A stretch of DNA of 38,231 nt from the NCBI GenBank assembly GCA_033721955.1, contig JAWVZY010000002.1, positions 1 to 38,231 of the forward strand, in the 5' to 3' direction. Shown piece by piece: positions 26,097 to 34,802 of the stretch. The DNA comes from Candidatus Spechtbacterales bacterium. GTDB lineage: Bacteria > Patescibacteriota > Minisyncoccia > Spechtbacterales > 2-12-FULL-38-22. Under the pieces are notes generated by a model. The model was not told the DNA's origin. It did no database searches and worked only from the letters and a program-made list of their open reading frames with translations. A program made the translations under genes and the position numbers. Each line of letters opens with the position of its first letter. The stretch's first letter is position 1.

Positions 26097-26126
26097 ATTA
26101 CATAGTAGCGGGAATCGAAATCATAT

Positions 26127-26153
26127 TAAAAAACCGAGCAGTGCTCGGTTTTT
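26127..26153. terminator. Bidirectional terminator between the plus-strand rpmB/tRNA unit and minus-strand pepN
   Basis: A 7-bp stem accgagc/gctcggt (loop agt) is flanked by an A7 tract and a T5 tract. Confidence 0.6.
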
Positions 26154-26169
26154 GGTTTAAATGTACAAA

Positions 26170-28779
26170 TTATCCGTTAAAAAACTCTGAAAATGCATCT
26201 TCATTTTCCTCTTTGAATTTTGCGCGTATGCGCATACCTTCAAGAGTTTGTTTGATTTTTTCTGTAGCACGCGGCGCGGGATTTTCATTGAAGAATTCCT
26301 CTACCTCATCGGCAAATACTCTATCGGGAATACCCCCGATAACTCCTGTGATAAATCCTCCTATCATCCTTGTAGAGCCGAATTTTTCATCTAAAACATC
26401 CCAGTTATCTTTCAGGTATTCCCAGGCAATCCTTGTAAGTTCTTGAGGTGTGCCCCACATTCTCACAGCATCCTGAGGCCTTACCTTATTAGATAAACTA
26501 TAATCAAGTGCTCTTATAAATAGATCCCTGTCTCTGAAATTAGAAATACAGGACATATATTTTAGAGAAAGCTCAGGACCAAGTTTTGCCTGAAGCTCAA
26601 GCGACTTCTCATAGCGCTCAATAAATTCCTCAAACATTTTGCTATCACCATTCTTAGATACAGCACCCAAAACGATACCGCGCAAATCGGGGTCAATATT
26701 ACCCAAAGAAACATCGGAGGCGGCAAATAAATTGCGTGCCTCTTCTATAACTTCCTCATTATCAAATTTGGCAGATAAACTAAGCACCGTCTGGCGCAAG
26801 AGGCCGATATCATCGCTTTCGTTGTCAGCAGGAGAGAATCCTACACTATCTACAGCTTCCTCAAGCAATTCAACGGCATATGCCTTTAGATCCTCAATAT
26901 TATCGTGTTCAAAGAAAATACTGTGCAAAGCGCCTAAACCTAAGGCAACCGTATTCCAAACATTATAATTCTGCTCGCTTTTATAAGCGCTTACAAATTC
27001 CAAATATTCATCTACCTTCCTATAGCCTGCGCGCATAAGATTATACATATCTTCAGCTAACACAAGGCGGTCAACAACATCTAATTTATTCATTTGGCGC
27101 ACAAGAGCTGCGAGGTCTTTATCTGCGTAATTTACGCGTAAAACACCTGCCTGGCCAACATTTAGCTGGATTGTCTTTTCAGCGGATACAGGAAGTACAG
27201 ATTCTCTTTCGTTTATAACGATAGTATTTTCATTCCCATCAGAATCACGATATGTGATCGGGGCAGACCATAGAGTGCCATCTCGGCCATTACTGCTCCC
27301 GTTTATGAGAAAACGCTCCTGATGTAGTGCAACTTTACCGTTTTTGCGGTTTACACTCACAACAGGATAACCCGTCTGCTTTGTCCAACTATTCATAACC
27401 TCTACCACCGGTTCACCGCTTACCTCGGCAAGCGCCGCCCAAAGATCTTCGGTTTGCGTATTAGCAAATTGATGTCTTTCAATATACAAACGAATCCCTT
27501 CACGGAAAATATCTTCGCCAAGCCAATCCTCCAACATACGAAGGACCGAACCGCCCATATTATATGAGATTGCATCATATATCTGATCAATCTCATCCGG
27601 ATTTTCTACAGGTGCCTCAATCGGATGCGCACTTTGCAAGCTGGCAAGCGACTTACCTCCCGATGCCATACCCGATACAAATTCGTCCCACACTTTCCAC
27701 TGAGGAAATAGGGCGTCAACGCACTTATAAGCCATAAAGGTAGCGAAGCTTTCTTTTAGCCACAAGTTATTCCACCATGCGGGTGTTACAAGATTTCCCT
27801 TCCACTGGTGCTCAAGCTCATGACATATAATCTCTGCCACTCTGCGCTTCAGAATAGTGGATGTACTTTCATCAACAAAAAGTAAAACCTCGCGGAAAGT
27901 TATAGCTCCAATATTTTCCATGGCACCCGCTTCAAAATCAGGAATTGCCAAAACATCACATTTATTAGCTATATTTTTGTAGGAAAAATCGTGATAATTC
28001 CCAAACCACTCAAGAGCCCTAACTGTCGTATCAAGTGCAAACTGCAATTTATCTATTTTACCGGGAGTAGCATATACACGCACCCTTATACCATCAGATG
28101 TTTCATCTTCAAGATATTCCCAATCTCCCACAATAAATGCAAGCAAATATGTAGGCATGCGGGGTGTCTTGGCAAATTGAACCTCCTTAAGACCGTTGCC
28201 TAAAGAGTGCTCAGAAATTATCTCCGTAGTAGAAACAGCCGTTCTGTCTTCAGGCACAACAAGAGTTGTCTGAAATGTCGCCTTTTGCAGCGGATCATCG
28301 CAGCAGGGAAAGGCCTCTCTGGCATGAGTAGATTCAAATTGAGTAGTGGCCATAACTCGTTCAGTATCGTCGGGTAATTCAAAAACACTTTCATGCAAAC
28401 CGCGCATCTTATTTGGCGGATTAAACTTACGATGAAACTCTATCTCAAGCAAATTCTCGCCGCTCAGTGGGCTGTCAAAACAAAAGGTTACAGTTTCACT
28501 GTCATTATCAACCTCGATATCAGTTGCTCTTTGCTCTAATCCCGCCGCAGAATAAACAACGGCAGAATCATACTTAATACCTTTTGAATTCAATATGACC
28601 TTATCTGCAGGCCTATCAAGACGGAATTGCAAAGATGTTATACCGAAATACTCATCCTCCCCGGCATTTTCCAGTTTTGGCATTTCCAGGTGTATATCCT
28701 GATGAATTGGTGTTAAGTTTACAGGTAACCGATAAGGGTTGCCATCAATTCGCAAAGCATTAGCAGATTTTTTACTCAT
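26170..28779 (-). CDS. pepN: Aminopeptidase N (peptidase M1 family)
   Basis: Contains the GAMEN exopeptidase motif and HELEHQW-x18-E zinc site (HELEHQWKGNLVTPAWWNNLWLKESFA). The C-terminal ERAP1-like helical domain is present. Confidence 0.93.
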   Translation of the reverse strand: MSKKSANALRIDGNPYRLPVNLTPIHQDIHLEMPKLENAGEDEYFGITSLQFRLDRPADKVILNSKGIKYDSAVVYSAAGLEQRATDIEVDNDSETVTFCFDSPLSGENLLEIEFHRKFNPPNKMRGLHESVFELPDDTERVMATTQFESTHAREAFPCCDDPLQKATFQTTLVVPEDRTAVSTTEIISEHSLGNGLKEVQFAKTPRMPTYLLAFIVGDWEYLEDETSDGIRVRVYATPGKIDKLQFALDTTVRALEWFGNYHDFSYKNIANKCDVLAIPDFEAGAMENIGAITFREVLLFVDESTSTILKRRVAEIICHELEHQWKGNLVTPAWWNNLWLKESFATFMAYKCVDALFPQWKVWDEFVSGMASGGKSLASLQSAHPIEAPVENPDEIDQIYDAISYNMGGSVLRMLEDWLGEDIFREGIRLYIERHQFANTQTEDLWAALAEVSGEPVVEVMNSWTKQTGYPVVSVNRKNGKVALHQERFLINGSSNGRDGTLWSAPITYRDSDGNENTIVINERESVLPVSAEKTIQLNVGQAGVLRVNYADKDLAALVRQMNKLDVVDRLVLAEDMYNLMRAGYRKVDEYLEFVSAYKSEQNYNVWNTVALGLGALHSIFFEHDNIEDLKAYAVELLEEAVDSVGFSPADNESDDIGLLRQTVLSLSAKFDNEEVIEEARNLFAASDVSLGNIDPDLRGIVLGAVSKNGDSKMFEEFIERYEKSLELQAKLGPELSLKYMSCISNFRDRDLFIRALDYSLSNKVRPQDAVRMWGTPQELTRIAWEYLKDNWDVLDEKFGSTRMIGGFITGVIGGIPDRVFADEVEEFFNENPAPRATEKIKQTLEGMRIRAKFKEENEDAFSEFFNG

Positions 28780-28857
28780 TCAAAATCCTTTCTTTTCTGG
28801 ATTTTCCTCTCTATGCTTACCTATCTAGTTGCATAGAACTGCCTAAGTTTTAGCACA

Positions 28858-28863
28858 ATTATA
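28858..28863 (-). promoter_or_regulatory. -10 TATAAT upstream of pepN
   Basis: Minus strand reads TTGACTtTTGACTATAATtgtgc, with a leader of about 70 nt ending in gaaaggattttgaATG. Confidence 0.4.
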
Positions 28864-28877
28864 GTCAAAAGTCAATT

Positions 28878-28901
28878 TATATTCGGACATATATTCGGAC
28901 A
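28878..28901. repeat. Perfect 12-bp tandem direct repeat (2 copies) over the -35 region of the pepN promoter
   Basis: Plus strand has TATATTCGGACA at 28878-28889 and again at 28890-28901 (minus strand TGTCCGAATATA x2). Confidence 0.9.
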
Positions 28902-28945
28902 GGATATCTACCTCTTTATAATGCGCAGAATTTTAAATTGCATTA

Positions 28946-28975
28946 TAAAAAACAGGCAACTATATCGCCTGTTTT
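28946..28975 (-). terminator. Terminator after the L,D-transpeptidase/C39-like peptidase operon
   Basis: Stem aacaggc/gcctgtt (28951-28973) is flanked by A- and T-tracts. Minus strand reads ...gcctgTTTTTTAT. Confidence 0.6.
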
Positions 28976-29045
28976 AAAAAAATCACTTATTTCATCCCCT
29001 GTTGTATCATCACAAATAAAAAGATATGCCTCTTAGTAGCATCTT

Positions 29046-29882
29046 TTAAGAAGGCCTTACTATTATCATTGCCTTTACAGTGCTTTGTATGGGCTCATGA
29101 TAACCGGTTGGATAATCCATAATAGCGTTATAGAGAGTATTTTTACTGTAGCGAAAACCCTCGCCCCACTTTGTTCCATTATCGTTGGTTATAAACTCTC
29201 CTGTCTCATAATCATAACCTTTTATAACGAACATATGGCGCTCGGGACCGGGAGGAGTAAAATAAGGATTTCCAAGTAAGCGGCCGTTGGTTGGAGTAAT
29301 AATTATATTGCCTTTTTCAAGTTCACGTATTATATCGCTTGCTGTAATGCCATATTTAACATCAGCATTTTGATGACCTAAATATCCCTTAATTATCCAA
29401 TTTAGAGTATCTGATGCTGAAATATCCCTGTACTCACCGTGATTTTCAAGCTCCCAGTCAGATATTGCAGTGATGAGATTCTCAGCTTGCGCCAAGCTCA
29501 AACTGTCACCTCTTGCCCAATGCACTGCCATAATGGATGCAGCCTCTTCACAACCATCTTGCTGTCTCGGGTCACTCCAATTACCAAAAGGGGCCTGCGG
29601 AGTAAAAGGAACCCCCTCTAAAAGAACAGTGCCCAAAGTATCGCCGGGCTCTACATTTTCATCTACTGGAGATTCATATTCCTCTTGATCGTTTTCTTGC
29701 TTTTGTGGCTCTTGCTTCTGTTCAATTTTTTCTTTTTCGCTGTTTTTATCCTCAGAAGTATCGGTTGCTATAGGGCTCTGAGGAAGTATTTCATCTGTAG
29801 GTTTATCTGCAATTAAAAACCAACCGCCTATCATGGCGACTTCTATAAGTATTAATATTCCTAATGTCTTAAAGAATTTCAT
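29046..29882 (-). CDS. Membrane-anchored C39-like (Peptidase_C39_2/BtrH-like) cysteine peptidase domain protein
   Basis: An N-terminal TM helix is followed by an acidic linker and then VPFTPQAPFGNWSDPRQQDGCEEAASIM and HMFVIKGYD, consistent with a Cys/His catalytic pair. Confidence 0.65.
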   Translation of the reverse strand: MKFFKTLGILILIEVAMIGGWFLIADKPTDEILPQSPIATDTSEDKNSEKEKIEQKQEPQKQENDQEEYESPVDENVEPGDTLGTVLLEGVPFTPQAPFGNWSDPRQQDGCEEAASIMAVHWARGDSLSLAQAENLITAISDWELENHGEYRDISASDTLNWIIKGYLGHQNADVKYGITASDIIRELEKGNIIITPTNGRLLGNPYFTPPGPERHMFVIKGYDYETGEFITNDNGTKWGEGFRYSKNTLYNAIMDYPTGYHEPIQSTVKAMIIVRPS

Positions 29883-31138
29883 TATTGAATAACCGAGGAA
29901 GAAGGTTGTAATATTTTCTCCTCGCCCTCAGCATAGGCGTTAAATTCATCTAAAGAGATTGTATATATCTCAGCCGGAGGCCATCCATGCTCTATCCAGG
30001 CATTATCACAATTTTCCGGTTTTACAAAACTATCTAAAGGCGTTTCCCCGCACAGCATAAGATGCCTTGTTTTAGATGATATGTCAAGCTCATAAATATA
30101 GCGACTCTCGGGCATATCGGATGGAGCATCTACGCGCACCCAGCGAGATGTTATAAATTCATCAAGAGAACCGTCCTGTACTAATTTAATACTTTGCCAA
30201 AAAGGAGAAAGGTGGTCATACCAAGAGCCAAATTTATCTGTCCATGCGTGACGCTTAAAGGTCTTATTTCCTCCTTTTTTAATTATATATACATTGCTTT
30301 CTGACCTCTCGCGCACAAGGTCACCACTTTCAATTGTACTGGGAGCGAAAACAGGCAAACGATCTGCTGTTGAATGCACCACAACAGTTGTGCCTACCTT
30401 TGCCCAATCATAAACCTCTTTGGCATCTCCGGGAAAAAGTCGTATACAACCCGATGAATACTTGGAGGTTATTCTGGCCCCATTGGGCCAATGAGGCCAT
30501 TCATGAATAAAATAATTTCCTGAATACTGCATGCTCCAGGGCATCCATACATAAGAAAGCCGGGAAAAATGGTTTGGCTCTTTTGTTTTTATTATAAATG
30601 TTCCTTCACGAGTCGGTGCTGTCCAGGGATTACCCTTACCGGCAACAGGATAGGTTTTAAGCGCTTTACCGTCTTCAATCAGGGTTAGTGTCATAGTAGA
30701 TAAGTTTACATCTATATAGCGATTTTGCTCTATATAGCTTCCTGTAGAAGGGCTTGAACGATTAAATGAAACTGAGGAAAATGTGAATGCTTCGCTGGTG
30801 CCCGGTAAAGCTGCCGAAAACGTAGAACTTTTATTAAAACTAACCTTATATTCTTTGTCGGGCTCAAAGCCCTCATTTGGCACAAAGTGAAGCTCTTTTT
30901 GTTCATCATGCCATACAAGCTCACCTTCAATTTCGGGCTCTATAGAAAAACCGGTTTTTGCATATACCTCTGAGGCAAGAGGGCTCATTTTTACACGTAC
31001 CATATCTCCTACTTCAGGCGGCTGTTCAAAAGATATTTCAACGTTATAAACATTTACAAATACAAAGTATGAAGCAACACTAAGCAGCGCCATTCCTATG
31101 GCTACATAAAGACCCGTTGTTATAGCAATGCGTCTCAT
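29882..31138 (-). CDS. L,D-transpeptidase (YkuD domain) with an N-terminal TM anchor and C-terminal repeat modules
   Basis: The YkuD signature is present: YFIHEWPHWPNGARITSKYSSGCIRL (H...SxGCIR). The stop overlaps the downstream start as TAATG. Confidence 0.85.
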   Translation of the reverse strand: MRRIAITTGLYVAIGMALLSVASYFVFVNVYNVEISFEQPPEVGDMVRVKMSPLASEVYAKTGFSIEPEIEGELVWHDEQKELHFVPNEGFEPDKEYKVSFNKSSTFSAALPGTSEAFTFSSVSFNRSSPSTGSYIEQNRYIDVNLSTMTLTLIEDGKALKTYPVAGKGNPWTAPTREGTFIIKTKEPNHFSRLSYVWMPWSMQYSGNYFIHEWPHWPNGARITSKYSSGCIRLFPGDAKEVYDWAKVGTTVVVHSTADRLPVFAPSTIESGDLVRERSESNVYIIKKGGNKTFKRHAWTDKFGSWYDHLSPFWQSIKLVQDGSLDEFITSRWVRVDAPSDMPESRYIYELDISSKTRHLMLCGETPLDSFVKPENCDNAWIEHGWPPAEIYTISLDEFNAYAEGEEKILQPSSSVIQ

Positions 31139-31145
31139 ATCTACT

Positions 31146-31154
31146 ATTTTAGCA
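31146..31154 (-). promoter_or_regulatory. Extended -10 TGcTAAAAT located 7 nt upstream of the L,D-transpeptidase ATG (candidate leaderless promoter)
   Basis: Minus strand reads aTGcTAAAATagtagatATG, with no SD. Confidence 0.4.
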
Positions 31155-31160
31155 TATATA

Positions 31161-31190
31161 AAAAAATAAAAACCGCCTTGAGGCGGTGAA
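31161..31190 (-). terminator. Terminator after the Gmad2-domain gene
   Basis: Minus strand reads accgcc-tcaa-ggcggt (31172-31187) followed by TTTTTATTTTTTT. Confidence 0.7.
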
Positions 31191-31208
31191 ATGAGAAATA
31201 TCTATTTA

Positions 31209-31970
31209 CTATAAAGCTATACCTAAACACTGTGCCAACTCTCCGGTTAAAGTCCACCCACACTCTCCATTGGCCTGTCTTTCACATGTTGCATTTTTAT
31301 AACATGCGTATTCCGGCTGATATTCACATGTAGTTGCAACCTCTTCCTCAGCACATATTTGCCCCGAGCAACCTGTAATAATGCAAGTAGATATTTCTCC
31401 ATACTCAGCCGTGTCCGGATTAAAACGCACAGGCACCCTAAGTTCGTCGGCATTTTCTGAAAGGCCTGAAGGGTTATCTTTTTCTAAAACCAAAATTCCG
31501 GTACTTGTTGCCGGCTTATCAAATTCAAGTTCCGCTCTATACGCTACAAAATCTTCTGTCATCCAATCACCCTGCGCCTCAGCAATGGCTACAGCAACTT
31601 CCCTGCCCTCAGAATCATAAAGACGAACCGGAAAATCGGCTTCAAAAAACCAATAACCCCTTGCCTCTCCCTCTACCACAAGAGGGCTTGAAATTTCTAC
31701 ATTAGGGCGCGGACTGCTTATTCTTATAAGATCTGCCTTTTCAAGTTCGTTGCCTATATCTTCAACAAAAACCTCTCCCGAAGGAGTTCTGCATTGGCGA
31801 GGATATGACTCCATTACAGGGTATCCGGCATCAACACATTCAGAAAAACTTTCTACCCGCACCTCTTCCTGTCCACTATCTTGTGCGGTCAAATTACGCA
31901 AAATAAAGAAACCTCCAACTATAAATATAAGAGCTAAAAAAGATATCAGTAAACCTTTGATATTAGACAT
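31209..31970 (-). CDS. Membrane-anchored Gmad2 immunoglobulin-like domain protein with a C-terminal 8-cysteine module
   Basis: An N-terminal TM helix is followed by the Gmad2-like core ISSPLVVEGEARGYWFFEADFPVRLYD...DFVAYRAELEF. The C-terminal 53 residues contain 8 Cys. Confidence 0.65.
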   Translation of the reverse strand: MSNIKGLLISFLALIFIVGGFFILRNLTAQDSGQEEVRVESFSECVDAGYPVMESYPRQCRTPSGEVFVEDIGNELEKADLIRISSPRPNVEISSPLVVEGEARGYWFFEADFPVRLYDSEGREVAVAIAEAQGDWMTEDFVAYRAELEFDKPATSTGILVLEKDNPSGLSENADELRVPVRFNPDTAEYGEISTCIITGCSGQICAEEEVATTCEYQPEYACYKNATCERQANGECGWTLTGELAQCLGIAL

Positions 31971-31974
31971 AATA

Positions 31975-33234
31975 CTAATTATTTATATAGCTGATCTTAT
32001 ATACTACTCCCGCTTTATCATCTGTTATATAACCAACTCCTCCGGGTTGTAGCATAATGTCAACAGGCCTGCCAAGCGAACTACTACCTTGCAACCAACC
32101 GCTTATAAAATCCTCTTCTTCAACAAACCCTGTGCTATCTGAGACGGAGCTAAGCAGATTTCCTTGCGCATCAAGACGTATACGCGCAATTTTATAGCCA
32201 ACAGGCACACTCCTATTCCATGAACCATGATACGCAACTAAAAGATCGTACCACATATCCTCAGGCCAACCCTCTTCAGGTACAAACGCTAAACCCAAAG
32301 GCGCTACATGCGCCTGCAAATTTATCTTACTACCGCTAAGGGGTCCGGGTGGATCAAAAGTTTGAAAAAATTCAGAATCCCGAAATTCTGTATCTGCAAC
32401 ATTATCTCCATAATAATAAGGCCATCCGTAAAATCCGCCCTCTTCTATAATATTTATTTCATCAGGAGGTAGGTTATCTCCCAAATGGTCTCTCCCCATT
32501 TCTGTGGCCCACATACGCCCATCTACATAGCTCCATGTAAAAAATACAGCATTGCGAAGTCCCTGAGCATAACTTTCAAAATTACTACCGTCTTTATCCA
32601 TTACATATATTGCGGCTCTGCGGCGATCTTCTTCAATGCATGTATCACATGAAGAACCAATAGATACATACAGGCGCCCGTCAGGACCAAAAGCAATAGT
32701 ACGGCTCCAATGCCTGCCTCCTGCAGGCAAGTCAACCACCTTTTCAAGGGGGCCTTCAGAATACAGCCGGATCTTTGATATTTTATCAGTTTCGGCAATA
32801 TACATATCAAGGCCATTTTCAGGATCTATTGCCAGGCCGTGTGGACGATTTAAATTCCTAAATACTTTATCATGGCGAACAACCTCGCCATTTTCTACAG
32901 TTAACAATGAAACGGATCCCTCATCGGGCTGGCTCACCCAAAAATTACCCAAACTATCTTGAACTATAACCCGCGCATCGGGAAGATCTTGAGCAAAAAT
33001 ATCGATATTAAAGTTATCCGCTACACTAAGTGGAAATTCGGTTTCATTTTGCCCGCCTTGAGGTTCTTTATTTTTTTCTTTTATTATCTCAGCTATATTA
33101 TCAGGAGGAGGTTTTATAGCGGGACCTGCGCCACGCAAATTCTGCCACCAAAAAACCCCGCCCCATATAAGGATGGATAATATAATTAATCCCAAAAAAA
33201 ATAGTATAAATTTCTTTTTATTAAAATCTTTCAT
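31975..33234 (-). CDS. PQQ-dependent sugar (glucose/sorbosone) dehydrogenase-like beta-propeller protein with an N-terminal TM anchor
   Basis: Contains RPHGLAIDP, GPDGRLYVSIGSSCDTC, GGFYGWPYYYG and HVAPLGLAF, which are typical of the soluble GDH/sorbosone dehydrogenase fold. Confidence 0.7.
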   Translation of the reverse strand: MKDFNKKKFILFFLGLIILSILIWGGVFWWQNLRGAGPAIKPPPDNIAEIIKEKNKEPQGGQNETEFPLSVADNFNIDIFAQDLPDARVIVQDSLGNFWVSQPDEGSVSLLTVENGEVVRHDKVFRNLNRPHGLAIDPENGLDMYIAETDKISKIRLYSEGPLEKVVDLPAGGRHWSRTIAFGPDGRLYVSIGSSCDTCIEEDRRRAAIYVMDKDGSNFESYAQGLRNAVFFTWSYVDGRMWATEMGRDHLGDNLPPDEINIIEEGGFYGWPYYYGDNVADTEFRDSEFFQTFDPPGPLSGSKINLQAHVAPLGLAFVPEEGWPEDMWYDLLVAYHGSWNRSVPVGYKIARIRLDAQGNLLSSVSDSTGFVEEEDFISGWLQGSSSLGRPVDIMLQPGGVGYITDDKAGVVYKISYINN

Positions 33235-33245
33235 TGTATATTACC

Positions 33246-33830
33246 TTACTTGCCTGTAGGAGGAACTTTTTCACCTTTTTTATATATCTTCCAATCTTTT
33301 TGATGAGTTTTGTGCGACCATACACGCAAATCTTTTTCACCAAGCATAACACCTCCGTGGCTTGACAGCCAACGCCTGTCAAATTCATCCGTTGCAAGTA
33401 ATACCAAGCTTATTTGCTGGCCAATTTTTACCTCCTCAGGTATAGGATACCAATAATAGCTTTCATCAAGGGTACCGGCGGGAAGTAAACGAGGGTTGTT
33501 AAATATCTCTGTAGCTCCTATAAGTTCGTTTGTTTCGCCATCACGTACCTCGATCCTGTGTATATATACATTAAGTTTTCCGGTGTTATAAAAACGGATA
33601 CCGCGTGGTGTTGTTGGATCAGGCACTATAGAAACTGCAACATAATCCTGTAATTGTATAAGCCGGCGGTTAAGAGCTATCTGTACAAAAGCAAATGACA
33701 ACACAGTTACAGCAACAAAGAGGTCAACTCCCACCATCAACGCAAGGCTTATATCCTCGGTCATTATATATATTAAATATGAAGCTGCGGTGACGATCAA
33801 TAAAAATATAAGTAAACTAAATCTTTTCAT
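33246..33830 (-). CDS. Hypothetical membrane protein (2 predicted TM helices plus a beta-rich domain of about 130 aa)
   Basis: Hydrophobic segments at residues 5-23 and 28-52. I recognise no family. The gene is tightly packed inside the operon. Confidence 0.6.
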   Translation of the reverse strand: MKRFSLLIFLLIVTAASYLIYIMTEDISLALMVGVDLFVAVTVLSFAFVQIALNRRLIQLQDYVAVSIVPDPTTPRGIRFYNTGKLNVYIHRIEVRDGETNELIGATEIFNNPRLLPAGTLDESYYWYPIPEEVKIGQQISLVLLATDEFDRRWLSSHGGVMLGEKDLRVWSHKTHQKDWKIYKKGEKVPPTGK

Positions 33831-33844
33831 AATTTTTATATTAT

Positions 33845-34759
33845 TTAATAAATAGCGTAATCTGCCATAGGGTCTAAAGGCAAATTCTCAACATCAAAAT
33901 CATTTTGCATGCCTGTGGGATTACCATCATCTCCCTTAAGCAGCATTTTAAGTTCTGCCTTAGTCACTGGCGAAGGCAGGCCTAAACTACCTAAAAACGC
34001 GCCAATACGTGCAAACAGCAAAGGTATTGGCCACACTTTTTTATGTGAACCCATTTTCTTGCCAATCCTTTTGGCAACCTCGTATACGCTGAGTTCTTCA
34101 GGGCCTAAGAGTTCATAGGTCTTATTGTCGCCCTGACCTTCTGCGGCACGAGCTATTATCTCACCTGTAGTTTGTGCGTGAAGAGGATGAAATTTCTTAC
34201 CCTTCTTTTCAATTACAGGGATAAACGGTAAAATTTTCGCCCAAAATCTTATGCGATTTGTAAAATGGCTTCTCCAACCAAACATTATAGCAGGACGTAA
34301 AATAGTGTATTTAAGGCCTGAATTTTCTATTATTTGTTCTGCTTTTGCCTTGCTTCTATAATACTTTGTGGGACCCTCAAGATCAGCACCTAAGGCACTA
34401 ATATATATTATCTTGTCCACTCCCGCTTGCTTTGATACGTCAACTATATTTTGAGTTCCCTGAACATGTATTTTTTCAAATGTAACATTGGGCGGATGTT
34501 CGCGTACAATTCCCACTAAATGCACTACTACATCGGGCTTAAATTCATTCATTATCTTTTTTAGGGTTTGGGGTTTTTTAATATCCCCTTCAAATGTTTC
34601 ATACCCATCATATGGAATATTAATATCATCTTTCTTTTTATGCAGCATAAGGCCGAGCTTAAAACCTGCCTCATGCAAGGCGCGTATAACATAGTAACCG
34701 ACAAATCCGGTACCACCTAAAATTAAAACTTTTTTCTTATTTTGCTTAACGTCTGTCAT
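33845..34759 (-). CDS. NAD(P)H-binding atypical SDR (NmrA/NDUFA9-like) protein
   Basis: N-terminal Rossmann motif VLILGGTGFVGYYV, with YxxSK at YYRSK. Confidence 0.8.
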   Translation of the reverse strand: MTDVKQNKKKVLILGGTGFVGYYVIRALHEAGFKLGLMLHKKKDDINIPYDGYETFEGDIKKPQTLKKIMNEFKPDVVVHLVGIVREHPPNVTFEKIHVQGTQNIVDVSKQAGVDKIIYISALGADLEGPTKYYRSKAKAEQIIENSGLKYTILRPAIMFGWRSHFTNRIRFWAKILPFIPVIEKKGKKFHPLHAQTTGEIIARAAEGQGDNKTYELLGPEELSVYEVAKRIGKKMGSHKKVWPIPLLFARIGAFLGSLGLPSPVTKAELKMLLKGDDGNPTGMQNDFDVENLPLDPMADYAIY

Positions 34760-34767
34760 ATATATTT

Positions 34768-34776
34768 ATTATAGCA
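34768..34776 (-). promoter_or_regulatory. Extended -10 TGcTATAAT located 8 nt upstream of the ATG of the NAD(P)-binding gene (candidate leaderless promoter)
   Basis: Minus strand reads aaTGcTATAATaaatatatATG. It sits directly after a terminator and has no SD. Confidence 0.45.
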
Positions 34777-34802
34777 TTTAAGAGACAAAAATCATTTCCA
34801 CA

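Noticed and set aside
30730-30930. Same-strand out-of-frame internal ORFs (30730-30930, 31247-31453, 32601-32816, 37660-37848)
   Set aside because: They are fully nested in longer genes with clear domain signatures, and have no independent start signals.
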